Shown in pieces: positions 50,123 through 59,435 of a stretch of 64,000 nucleotides of DNA. Within the stretch, counting starts at the first letter, position 1; every line of letters starts with the position of its first letter. This DNA comes from an uncultured delta proteobacterium (lineage in GTDB: Bacteria; Desulfobacterota; Syntrophobacteria; BM002), in NCBI GenBank assembly GCA_963712115.1, contig CAVQGX010000026.1, positions 64,001 through 128,000 on the forward strand, in the 5' to 3' direction. A model generated the notes under the pieces. The model ran no database searches and was not told where the DNA came from. It saw only the letters and a list, made by a program, of their open reading frames with translations. A program made the translations under genes and the position numbers.

Positions 50123-51004
50123 CTATACTCGCTTGATCTCTTCCTTGCCAAACAGCCCTGTGGGTTTGATAAAGAGCACCAGCAACAGGATAAGAAAAGC
50201 AAAGGCGTCCTTGTAAGCAGATGAGACAAAGCCAGCACCAAAGGTTTCCATGGCCCCGAGAAGAAGTCCACCCAGTACTGCGCCCTTCATGCTGCCGTAA
50301 CCACCCAATATTGCAGCAGCAAAGCCTTTTAGTGCCAGCATGACCCCAGCGCTGTATGACATAGTGGTAATTGGGGTAATAATGATACCGGCCACCGCTC
50401 CGATCCCGCCACTGAGAACGAAAGAAAGCAATGTCATGCGGTATACGCCTATACCAATAAGGGCAGCCCCTCGCCGATTCTCAGCCACTGCTCTCATGGC
50501 TTTGCCTACCATGGTGCGACTGAAAAAAAAGCCGAGCAAAACAACTACCAGCAGGGTGATTCCCAGGATCCAAAGAGTTTGGGGTAGGATAGCAGCACTG
50601 CCTAGGATCAATGGTTCATCACCAGAAAAAGGCGGCAAAGTCCGCGGGGTTTTACCCCATATATGCATGGCCGTTTCCCGCATGGTGATAGAAGCGCCCA
50701 CGGTGATCATCACCAGAATCAGAATGCTGTCCGAGCGAGCCCTACGAATAGGTCCAATCTCCATTAACCAACCCACTACCATTACAGCTAGCACCGCCAG
50801 AGGAAAGGCTATGAGCAGCGGAAGTCCAGCAACCTGGGTGAGGCTGATCATGGTCATGGCGCCGAGCATGACAAACTCTCCCTGGGCGAAGTTGACAATG
50901 CCTGTGGCGTTATGAATGATCCCGAAACCCAGGGCAATGAGGGCATAAATACTGCCACTAGTGAGTCCTGATACAAAGAATTGAGGGAGCTGAGACCAGA
51001 TCAT
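50123..51004 (-). CDS. LivH-like ABC permease
   Basis: GSIYALIALGF..VNFAQGE, GKAMRAVAEN and KGFAAAILGG. Confidence 0.93.
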   Translation of the reverse strand: MIWSQLPQFFVSGLTSGSIYALIALGFGIIHNATGIVNFAQGEFVMLGAMTMISLTQVAGLPLLIAFPLAVLAVMVVGWLMEIGPIRRARSDSILILVMITVGASITMRETAMHIWGKTPRTLPPFSGDEPLILGSAAILPQTLWILGITLLVVVLLGFFFSRTMVGKAMRAVAENRRGAALIGIGVYRMTLLSFVLSGGIGAVAGIIITPITTMSYSAGVMLALKGFAAAILGGYGSMKGAVLGGLLLGAMETFGAGFVSSAYKDAFAFLILLLVLFIKPTGLFGKEEIKRV

Positions 51005-51281
51005 AAGCACAAAGCTGCTAGTTTGGTTGTTTTTTGATCAGTCTATTTTTTCTCAACTTCGAATCACCAAAATTCAAAACAGAACGTTTTTGCCACTGGC
51101 AAAAGGGAATGATTTTTGATGTGAAATCAAGTTTCGGTCATTTGAACTTAGGATTTTGGATTTGTTTGGATATTCGAATTTCGATATTCGGATTTGATGA
51201 GTTTACTCATCGCTGGCCTCAATGGGGGCCAGAATAGAGATTTTGTAATAGGTCAGCAAATCTCTATGAACAATCCGGCCC

Positions 51282-51320
51282 AAAAACAGAAAAGCCGTGA
51301 GCTTTAAAGCCGCCCACGGC
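51282..51320 (-). terminator. Attenuator terminator upstream of the Liv/PaaK operon
   Basis: GCCGTGGGC-GGCTTTAAA-GCTCACGGC followed by TTTTCTGTTTTT. Confidence 0.85.
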
Positions 51321-51344
51321 GATAATCTTGTGACCGGAATCAGT

Positions 51345-51413
51345 TCATGTGGGCCTGTGGGCGGACCTATCCTTGGAACTCCACCACCAAGGCCATGAAC
51401 GATTCAGGTGCAT
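51345..51413 (-). CDS. Trp-rich attenuator leader peptide MHLNRSWPWWWSSKDRSAHRPT
   Basis: AAGAGGT RBS; 22 codons with TGG at positions 7, 9, 10 and 11; the 3' part is complementary to the terminator 5' arm. Confidence 0.85.
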   Translation of the reverse strand: MHLNRSWPWWWSSKDRSAHRPT

Positions 51414-51503
51414 CCGCTAACCTCTTGGAAACAGGAACCTAAGTCAATTTCGCTACATAGCAGACCCGCGGTTGGAGTGTCAAGGGAAATTCAGCGGAAC
51501 GAA

Positions 51504-51665
51504 GCATAGGGCATAGGGCATAGGGCATAGAGCATAGAGTAAGTAGCCAGAAGTCAGAATCCAGGATTCAGGAGAAAAGCAATCAAGATGGAATTCCCTG
51601 CAACTTCTGGCATTTTCGCCGTGTCTCCGTCTCGCCGTTTCACCGTGTCGCCCTGCAGTGCCTAG
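51504..51665 (+). repeat. Family R1 copy 4
   Basis: GCATAGG array, CAGAATCCAGGATTCAGGAGAAAAGCAATCAA core, TCGCCGTG array and TGCCTAG. Confidence 0.8.
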
Positions 51666-51699
51666 TTGAAATGGATGCCTACTCCAAAGTGCCCAGCAG

Positions 51700-53565
51700 T
51701 TACTTCTCCGCGCCACATAACACCTTGTGCGGTTCCTCATTAACCGCCAAGCTCAGAACCTGCTCACCCTCTCGAAACATGAGCCGTTTGGCAACCATAT
51801 GAGAAATAAAATTCTGCAGCTTATCGAAAGACAAGCTGGGAAATTCATGGAGGATCTGGCCCTGAGTTCGACGTGTTTCACAAAAGCGATAAATACCCCG
51901 CGAGGATCCCTTGAGTCGAAAGGTCTCCATCTCGTAATCTTTGGTTCGCCGACGGATTAAGAGAAAATCTCCTCCGTCACGGTAGCCAAGCAAAGGGGCA
52001 GGGAAATGGTCTTTTCGAAGTGAGTGGTATCGCTCTTGCCAGCTGGCAAGCTCCCTAGCTACCGGCCGCCAGAGTTTCTTTTGTTTGGTGCGATCGCCTC
52101 TGTATGTTTTTATCATTAGGCAGAGGGACTCTGCGAGTGAGTGCGGGAGCAACTTCTTATAGTGTGGGTGATTGGCCACACTGCGGATGCCAAATTGTTC
52201 CGGGTGAAGGTGCACCGGGCTATTTTGCCCCAGCCAGAAAAGGACTTTGCGAAGAGGTTGATAGGGTAGGACAAACTTGAGATTGTTGAGGGTTTCCTCA
52301 ACATCATTGCCATCGCTTGTTGGAAAGCCCAGGATCAGGTTGGATGAATGCTGGATGCCCAGTTCCTCGCAGTGTTTCATCATCTCGATGTTTTGGATGG
52401 CCGTGGTCCCTTTGTTTATTTTATCAAGGAGTCTGGTGCTCAGGGCCTCAACTCCAATCTGGACCTGATTGACCCCGGCTTTCCGCATCTGAATGAGATC
52501 GCCACGTGAGACAGATGACCTTAATTCAGCAAAGATCTCGAAGCTCCGATCTATATCAGTGATAGATTTGAAGAGTCCTTTGAGCTTGCGGCTGTCCAGA
52601 ATGTTGTCAGTAAAGGAGAATTTCAGACTAGAGTGTTTGCTGGCCAACTCTTCCATTTCCCGCGCTACTTGAATGGGTTCTTTGCTCCTGTACCCTCGCC
52701 ACTGCAAATTAAGATTGCAGAATTTGCAGGCACGATCGACCGAGCCAGACCTTACTCTTTGCCACCAGCATCCTCGAGAGGTTTCCACCGGTAGATTGGG
52801 TATTAGGTTGGACAAACGAGATTGACGACTTAATTGCTCAAAATAGTCACTGTAGTCTGGCACAGGAAGTTCTTTCAGGTTCAATAGCTGTTTCAGCCCT
52901 CCCCCATTGATATTACCCTGGTTATCCCGCCAAAGCAGGCCGGCAGGGTCATCACCTTTGAAGTCGCCATTCTTGATTCGGTTAATCAAAGTTAACAGCG
53001 GCAGTTCACCCTCTCCGCTCGCCACGAAGTCGATCTCAGGTGAGTTGGCAAGGAGGGAGTAACCCAGTTCGCCTGCGCAACTTGATCCGCCAACCACTAT
53101 GGGGCAAGGGGGATGATGCCTGCGGATCTCCCTGATCATATAGAGAGATGAGGTCAATTGGGAAAGACAGATTGAAAAACCGATGAGATCATAAGAAGAC
53201 CAAGCCAGAGTGAGATGTTTCCTTTGGTGCAAGCGGTGAATCTGTCTGGAGATATTTTCAAGATCTGGAGAATCCCCTTTTGCCTTGGCACTATACTCCT
53301 TGGTAACTAGATCAGTTATTTCACGTCTTCCTGTCGGGTTGAACAGATAAGCGTAAACGGATTCTGCTACCCAGGTTCGCTCGGCAATATCATTGTAGGC
53401 TTTGAGCCCCAATAAATTGCCCACCTCGAGGTAAGGATGGTAACAGTCAATCTTTACGTCTGCCGCTTTGTTTTCGATGAAACTCTTTAGGGTGCCTAGT
53501 TGTATGGAAGGTCGGTTGGCCAAGGGCCAAGGCATGGATATGAGAGCGAGGCGGAATGCCGCCAT
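51700..53565 (-). CDS. B12-dependent radical SAM C-methyltransferase of the 'RiPP maturation radical SAM protein 1' type
   Basis: ISMPW..RPSIQLGTLK, VVGGSSC, SGEGE, ETSRGCWW..CKFCNLN, FTDNIL and QIGVEALS. Confidence 0.85.
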   Translation of the reverse strand: MAAFRLALISMPWPLANRPSIQLGTLKSFIENKAADVKIDCYHPYLEVGNLLGLKAYNDIAERTWVAESVYAYLFNPTGRREITDLVTKEYSAKAKGDSPDLENISRQIHRLHQRKHLTLAWSSYDLIGFSICLSQLTSSLYMIREIRRHHPPCPIVVGGSSCAGELGYSLLANSPEIDFVASGEGELPLLTLINRIKNGDFKGDDPAGLLWRDNQGNINGGGLKQLLNLKELPVPDYSDYFEQLSRQSRLSNLIPNLPVETSRGCWWQRVRSGSVDRACKFCNLNLQWRGYRSKEPIQVAREMEELASKHSSLKFSFTDNILDSRKLKGLFKSITDIDRSFEIFAELRSSVSRGDLIQMRKAGVNQVQIGVEALSTRLLDKINKGTTAIQNIEMMKHCEELGIQHSSNLILGFPTSDGNDVEETLNNLKFVLPYQPLRKVLFWLGQNSPVHLHPEQFGIRSVANHPHYKKLLPHSLAESLCLMIKTYRGDRTKQKKLWRPVARELASWQERYHSLRKDHFPAPLLGYRDGGDFLLIRRRTKDYEMETFRLKGSSRGIYRFCETRRTQGQILHEFPSLSFDKLQNFISHMVAKRLMFREGEQVLSLAVNEEPHKVLCGAEK

Positions 53566-53903
53566 CAGTGAGGTCTCTTCATCCAAACAAGAGCTAACTC
53601 CGCAGAGGGATTGTATTTACAAAAACGCATTTCGGAGGTCTTATCCACTGATTGCTTCAGGGATATAATCCGGTCGAACTCACGGTTGACCACGACCTGA
53701 CAAAATCCCATTTCCTCCTCTGCAGAGAGAAACAAAAGATCGCTGGGCAAGACGGACCTTGCCATTAAAGCCATATCGTCATCGAGGAGATCACTGCTGC
53801 AGATCCTGTAGCAGGCTCCACAAGCGCAACTATAGACATCGTCGAAGTCAAGGGGAACAGGGTGTTTTCTCTCACAAAAGGGGCAAACGATATTGAGGTG
53901 CAT
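53565..53903 (-). CDS. Small Cys-rich (Zn-ribbon-like) hypothetical protein
   Basis: CPFC...CACGAC..C; GGAG RBS; TGATG overlap with the radical SAM gene. Confidence 0.7.
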   Translation of the reverse strand: MHLNIVCPFCERKHPVPLDFDDVYSCACGACYRICSSDLLDDDMALMARSVLPSDLLFLSAEEEMGFCQVVVNREFDRIISLKQSVDKTSEMRFCKYNPSAELALVWMKRPH

Positions 53904-54084
53904 GGGGAAATCTCCGTTCTAGTTTGTCGCTGACACCAGTCTGGCCAGGGTGCAAGCCTAGTTCAATCGAGACAAGGAAAGAAACCACAGTAAACTCAGA
54001 GGGGTATCTATATCATAGATGCTAGAAATGTGGCACCATTTATTTTGCTCACTCTCTGACATTTGTGTTCTCCGTGCTATGAGT

Positions 54085-54573
54085 TTATCCTGCTGAGCCT
54101 TGCCGGCCTCGGACTGCTGATAGCACGCGGATTGTATCTCCAGGTTTGACTTTGCCGCCACGGAGGACTCGCGCAAAGATTCCTTCTCTGGGCATTACAC
54201 AGTCACCTACCTGATGGTAGATGGCGCACCGGTCATGGCACTCTTTGCCAATCTGGGTGATTTCAAGCTCTGCTTCACTCCCCACTGCTAGCCGGGTGCC
54301 CAACGCCAGTTGCCAAATCTCGAGTCCACTGGTGGTGATGTTTTCGGCAAAATCACCGGGGGCTACATCTATACCTTTGTCGCGAATCTTGGTGATGCTC
54401 TCCATAGCAAGGAGGCTTACCTGCCGATGCCAGTCACCTGCATGAGCATCGCCCTCAAACCCTTTGTCTTTTATTAGCTCGCACTCCGAAAGATTACTTT
54501 TTTTCTGTCCCTTGCGACGACTTGTAGAGACTGCTACGATTCGGCCTTGCAGGGCAGGAGATAAGTCTTTCAT
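54085..54573 (-). CDS. MOSC domain protein
   Basis: GDAHAGDWHRQVSLL, PGDFAENIT and QIGKECH..C......GDCVMPREG. Confidence 0.92.
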   Translation of the reverse strand: MKDLSPALQGRIVAVSTSRRKGQKKSNLSECELIKDKGFEGDAHAGDWHRQVSLLAMESITKIRDKGIDVAPGDFAENITTSGLEIWQLALGTRLAVGSEAELEITQIGKECHDRCAIYHQVGDCVMPREGIFARVLRGGKVKPGDTIRVLSAVRGRQGSAG

Positions 54574-54737
54574 GTCTTAGAAACTCCACTGGGATAAACT
54601 TCGAGGTTGAGATGCTAACTGAACTGGCATGTCGGGTCAAGTAAAATGGGGTGGTCAAATTGGTGGGTGGGTATGTAGGCAAAACTTTTTATGTTATAGA
54701 AGGCATGGAGTATTAATCAGCTGGCAGCCGACAGCGA

Positions 54738-54876
54738 AGAGTCATTTGCTTTCGCGTCAATACGCTACGCTGTCATTCATGGTCATTTATTGTAACAACA
54801 TAATGACGGCCTTAGGCCTAATGACGGCGGAGCCTAGTGACAGCGAAGCGCGATAGCGCGGAGCGTAATGACCTAA
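54738..54876 (-). repeat. Family R2 element; inverted copy of 49936..50075
   Basis: Direct sequence comparison. Confidence 0.85.
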
Positions 54877-54926
54877 TGGTGCCCTGTGCCTTGTGCCATA
54901 TAGTTAGTTGAGAAAGGATCGATCGA

Positions 54927-55559
54927 ATGAAGGATATACCAACAATACTAAACATTTTGGACCAGACGTACCCCAAAGCAAAATGCAGCCTGGATTTCAA
55001 CAATCCTTTGGAACTTTTAGTGGCTACAGTACTTTCAGCCCAGTGCACGGATGAGCGGGTAAACCAGGTTACCAAGAGTTTGTTCAAGAAATATCGAATT
55101 GCAGCGGATTATGCCAATGCTCCCCTGGAGGAGATGGAAGATGACATACGGTCCACTGGTTTTTTCAGGAATAAAGCGAAAAGCCTGAAGAATTGTGGCG
55201 CCGCACTGGTAGAAAAACATCAGGGGGAGGTGCCGGGCAGCCTAGAAAAGCTAGTGAAACTTCCTGGCATTGGTAGGAAAACTGCCAATGTGATCCTGGG
55301 TACGGCTTTCAAAATCCCGGGGATTGTGGTTGATACCCACGTGGGGCGAATAACCCAAAGGATGGGACTGACCCGTGAGCAAGACCCGGTGAAAATTGAA
55401 TTTGATTTGATGGAAGTTATTCCCAAAGATAAGTGGACGGCTTTTTCCCACCAATTAATTCAGCACGGCAGGAAAATATGCAATGCCAGAAAGCCCAAAT
55501 GTGCCAAGTGTCCCTTGCTGAAACACTGCGATTACGGTCAGCAGGCAGAAGGCCGCTAG
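54927..55559 (+). CDS. nth: Endonuclease III
   Basis: LSAQCTDERVN, HhH LPGIGRKTAN, VDTHV and C-X6-C-X2-C-X5-C. Confidence 0.97.
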   Translation: MKDIPTILNILDQTYPKAKCSLDFNNPLELLVATVLSAQCTDERVNQVTKSLFKKYRIAADYANAPLEEMEDDIRSTGFFRNKAKSLKNCGAALVEKHQGEVPGSLEKLVKLPGIGRKTANVILGTAFKIPGIVVDTHVGRITQRMGLTREQDPVKIEFDLMEVIPKDKWTAFSHQLIQHGRKICNARKPKCAKCPLLKHCDYGQQAEGR

Positions 55560-55896
55560 GCACCATGCACTAGGGACTATGCACCATAACTCGGAAGGGG
55601 AAACGTAAAAAGCTTGATATCAAATTCGAAATCCTAAGCACGAAGCACTAAACAAATCCAAAATCCAAATTCTCCAATGTTCGAAACAGAACCAGCCCAA
55701 AAAACTAATCTATAGTTTCGTAAATTTGGATTTGGAAAATTTTAATTTGTTTAGGATTTAGATATTCGGATTTCGGATTTATGTGCTAGTTTCGCGATCA
55801 AAATTCCGCGTTCTTGGGCTTGGTGCCTAGTGCCTAGTTGAGCTAAAGGTCGGAGTTAACAGCAGCGCACTAGGAATCGAAGCTTTGAGGTGGCCA

Positions 55897-56871
55897 ATGA
55901 ATGTGCGTGCACTCGGTTTAATGTCCGGAGGTCTCGACAGCATGCTGGCTGTCAGGGTGCTTCTCGATCAGGGAATCGAGGTAAGGGGGATTACCTTCCA
56001 GACCCCGTTTTTTGGGCCTGAAGGGGCACAAAAGGCAGCCGATCAGTTAGGAATAGTCCTGCTGGTGGTGGATATAGGAGAGGCCCACTTGGAGATGCTC
56101 AAAAACCCTAAGTATGGTTACGGTAGCCAGATGAACCCCTGCATCGATTGCCATGCCCTCATGCTCAAGACGGCCGGCAGAATCATGGACGAAGAAGGCT
56201 TTGATTTACTTGCCACGGGTGAGGTGTTGGGCCAGCGCCCCATGTCCCAGAGGAAGGATGCTCTTCGGGCCGTGGAAAAGCTCTCTGGTTACGGAGGGTA
56301 CATTCTCCGCCCACTGAGCGCCAGGTTGCTTCCTGAAACCATACCGGAAAGAGAAGGGAAGGTCGATCGTCAGCGACTTCTGGACATCCGAGGACGCTCT
56401 CGCAAGCGTCAGATGGCCCTCGCCGCCCACTACTCCATTGAAGAATATGCCAGCCCCGGTGGGGGATGCATCCTTACCAAGGCTGGCTTTGCTGACAGGT
56501 TGAGAGATCTTTTGGCCACCCAGGAAAATGTGGGGCTCCACGAGGTGGAGCTGCTGAAATGGGGTCGTCATTTTAGGCTTGCCGGAGGCAAACGTCTCGT
56601 GGTTGGGCGAGTGCATGGGGACAACGTTAAGCTACAGGAGTTGGCCCGTGCGGAAGATCTTGTTTTGAGGGTCAAGGAAGTGCCGGGCCCAACAGGCATA
56701 ATCGCTGCCATGGCTGCCGAGCAAGAAGTGGAATTGGCGGCGCACATTGTGGCAGCCTACAGCGATGTCCACACTGGCAAAGAAGCCATAGTCGAGGTGT
56801 CAGGAAAGGAAGAACGCGAGATTACAGTCAACACACCTGCGAAAGAGGAATTTCGCGAACTGCTAATCTAG
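55897..56871 (+). CDS. ThiI/MnmA-like PP-loop tRNA sulfurtransferase with DUF814/NFACT-R-like C-terminus
   Basis: SGGLDS, NPCIDC, TGEVLGQRPMSQ, GRSRKRQ, PGGGCILT and GRHFRL. Confidence 0.85.
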   Translation: MNVRALGLMSGGLDSMLAVRVLLDQGIEVRGITFQTPFFGPEGAQKAADQLGIVLLVVDIGEAHLEMLKNPKYGYGSQMNPCIDCHALMLKTAGRIMDEEGFDLLATGEVLGQRPMSQRKDALRAVEKLSGYGGYILRPLSARLLPETIPEREGKVDRQRLLDIRGRSRKRQMALAAHYSIEEYASPGGGCILTKAGFADRLRDLLATQENVGLHEVELLKWGRHFRLAGGKRLVVGRVHGDNVKLQELARAEDLVLRVKEVPGPTGIIAAMAAEQEVELAAHIVAAYSDVHTGKEAIVEVSGKEEREITVNTPAKEEFRELLI

Positions 56872-56886
56872 AGTGCGTTGAAAAAA

Positions 56887-57170
56887 GCATAGAGCATGGG
56901 GCATAGAGTAGGGAGCCAGAAGTCAGAATCCAGAATTCAGGAGATAAGCAATCAAAATTGACTTCATCTGAGCTACCGCCTCTCTGAACCGCAGAATGTC
57001 GAACAAGGAATTTCGAATATCGAAGTGATCACTTCATCATTCTGCGGTTCCTTGTTCTGCTGTTCGATATTCAGTAATTTGAACCACCTGTCATCTGTCC
57101 TCTGATCTCCGACCTCTGACCTCCGACTTCTTTGTATTTTGGTGCCTAGTCCTTAGTCCCTAGTGCCTAG
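56887..57170 (+). repeat. Family R1 copy 5 (long form with inner palindrome)
   Basis: About 135-bp core nearly identical to that of 59436..59743. Confidence 0.85.
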
Positions 57171-57204
57171 TTGAAAGGCTGCCCGCTGGTAAATGCTCTA
57201 TGCC

Positions 57205-58062
57205 TTACTTGACCAGCTTCTCGCCTGTCTCTTGCTGCCAGAGCTCGCCTAGTCTGCCAGTCCGATAACCTTCCAAATCCAGGGTCACGGCCAAATAGCC
57301 CAAAGACCTGAAACGGGCCACCAACCGGTCACGTAAACCCTTGTCGCTGAGCCTGGCAATCTCTTCGGCTGACAGTTCAATGCGAGCCGTGCCATGGTGA
57401 TCTCTCACTCTGACCAAATAAAAGCCTTGGTCAAAAAGAAATTGTTCAGCAGATTCCACCCTTGCTAGAGACTCGAGATCAAGAGGTATTCCGTAGGGAA
57501 TTCTCGAGGCCAGGCAGGCCATGGGCGGGAGATTCCAGGAGGAGAGACCTAATTTTTTGCTGAGCATACGGACCTGATCCTTGCTGAGACCTGCCTCGGA
57601 CAAAGGGCTCCTTATGTCCAACTCAACAAGGGCCCGGTGTCCAGGCCGATGGTCACTGGCATCAGACAGCTGAGTGCCTTCAACAAGGTGAGGAATGGAC
57701 ATTTTCTGCGCTTCAGCGAGTCCTTGAGAGAAAACCCGTTTTTTGCAGTGGTAGCAGCGATCAGGTTGATTTACCCGGATTTCCTCAATGGCAAGGGGAT
57801 CGATCTGGAGAAGGATGTGTTTTATGCCCCTTTCCTCGCAGAAGCGAGCAGCACGATCCAGTTCTTGGCGTGAGAGGAACGGTGATACAAAGGTTATGGC
57901 TTTCGCCCTATCTCCCAAGACCTCATGGGCAAGGTGAAGGAGAAAACTGCTGTCGACGCCACCGGAAAAGGCAACGAGCACCGAGCCAAGGTCACGGAGT
58001 ATGTTCTTAAGACTATCAAGGTGTTTGTCCAAAGGTCTTTCTCCGTGGCTACCGAGTGCCAC
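57205..58062 (-). CDS. larE: LarE-family ATP-dependent sulfur transferase
   Basis: AFSGGVDS, DRCYHCK, DHRPG, ACLASRIPYG, VRVRDH and LDLEGYRTG. Start uncertain. Confidence 0.88.
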   Translation of the reverse strand: MALGSHGERPLDKHLDSLKNILRDLGSVLVAFSGGVDSSFLLHLAHEVLGDRAKAITFVSPFLSRQELDRAARFCEERGIKHILLQIDPLAIEEIRVNQPDRCYHCKKRVFSQGLAEAQKMSIPHLVEGTQLSDASDHRPGHRALVELDIRSPLSEAGLSKDQVRMLSKKLGLSSWNLPPMACLASRIPYGIPLDLESLARVESAEQFLFDQGFYLVRVRDHHGTARIELSAEEIARLSDKGLRDRLVARFRSLGYLAVTLDLEGYRTGRLGELWQQETGEKLVK

Positions 58063-58184
58063 TGAAGTGGCGACACGGCGAAGGGGTGACGCGGCGATAA
58101 TTTAATCGTTATTAGAACAAATCTATTAGGGCTGATCAAATCTTTCTCCGTCTCCCCGTGTCTCCCCGTCACCCTAATCTTCAT

Positions 58185-59354
58185 TTAGGCAGTAGGTAGG
58201 AAATGCTGCGGTTCTCCCAGCAGAAACTTTCCTTGTCTGATCCACCTCTTCAGAATATCGGCAATCTCCCTGGCTCGTGGCATGCTGGAAAGTGGCACGG
58301 ATTGAACCTCTCTACCGTTGAAGCGGAAGGAGCCGCTTTTCAGTTCGGCATAACTCACCTGGCCTACGGTTTTGCCCGTTCCTTTTGGGTAATCTTCGCT
58401 ATAGTCCACAAGGGGGGCAAAAAGTTCTTCATCCGCAACAGCGGTGTAGCGGGCCATCTCTTCATCGAGTATGGGGATGGGAATTCCCAGACCAACCGCC
58501 AGGGAGCAACCGTAGCCGAGTATGCTCACTCCGAGCAACCAGCGCGGCTGCATCTGTTTGAGATCTCCGATAACCATGAGAGTGCCGGCGGGCCTCAGCG
58601 GTGTGTTATTGGGGGCTCGCTCCACCTGGGGCAGGTGCTGTGTGCCCGGCCAAGCAACGTAACCTTGAGCGCCACCCAGAAAAATGCGCGTTCCCAGCCC
58701 AACGGTGCGATAAAGAGGATCGTTGAAAAGGGGACTCAACTGGCCGGAAGTGGAATAGTTGGCGTTGGCTCCACTTGGTTTGAGAACACCCATATAGGTA
58801 AAGATCGTCTTCTTTGAGAGGTTAATACCGCAGTTGTAGTTCTGGTAACCATTTCTGGGATTGCACAACAGGGCATAGTTCAGTTTTTTGAGGCTGACTT
58901 TCTTTTCGTACTGCCGCCGAGGATAACAATCAGTACCGTAACCCTCTGCTCTCAGTTTGACCGATTTTCCAGCCACCAAATCGCTTATTACGTGGCCACC
59001 GCCATATTCAAAACCACCTGGATGAATCTTGTTCAAAGGATCGTCTTCGTTTGGCTCAGTAGCACCTATATATATATCTACCGCAGCAATTCCGGCGTAA
59101 GCGGGCACATCGTTGAGCCAGACCTTGGCCGCTTTTATAGGGGGGCTCACCGGACCAAAATTGATAAAAGCACCGGAGGAACACATGGGCGAAAAGGTGC
59201 CGGTGGTCACCACGTCCACCTCTCTTGCAGCCTTTACCTCACCCTTCTTCCTGACGATATCAATCATCTCCTCGGCAGTAACCACCACTGCCTTCCCCTT
59301 TTTTATCTTCTCATTAATCTCCTGGATTGTTTTATTAACCTGAAACCTCGCCAT
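58185..59354 (-). CDS. DUF39 homocysteine biosynthesis protein (L-aspartate semialdehyde sulfurtransferase)
   Basis: KTIQEINEKIKKGKAVVVTAEE, VDVVTTGTFSPMCSSGA, YGGGHVI, GTDCYPR and GQLSPLFNDP. Confidence 0.88.
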   Translation of the reverse strand: MARFQVNKTIQEINEKIKKGKAVVVTAEEMIDIVRKKGEVKAAREVDVVTTGTFSPMCSSGAFINFGPVSPPIKAAKVWLNDVPAYAGIAAVDIYIGATEPNEDDPLNKIHPGGFEYGGGHVISDLVAGKSVKLRAEGYGTDCYPRRQYEKKVSLKKLNYALLCNPRNGYQNYNCGINLSKKTIFTYMGVLKPSGANANYSTSGQLSPLFNDPLYRTVGLGTRIFLGGAQGYVAWPGTQHLPQVERAPNNTPLRPAGTLMVIGDLKQMQPRWLLGVSILGYGCSLAVGLGIPIPILDEEMARYTAVADEELFAPLVDYSEDYPKGTGKTVGQVSYAELKSGSFRFNGREVQSVPLSSMPRAREIADILKRWIRQGKFLLGEPQHFLPTA

Positions 59355-59394
59355 GGTTACTCCTAAATTTCATAATAGCTATAATTTTTTATTC

Positions 59395-59420
59395 TGTGGG
59401 AGCGGCTTTTAGCCGCGATG
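59395..59420 (+). repeat. Single GTGG/GTAG-type REP palindrome
   Basis: TGTGGGAGCGGCTTTTAGCCGCGATG. Confidence 0.55.
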
Positions 59421-59435
59421 CAATCTGTCATTTAA

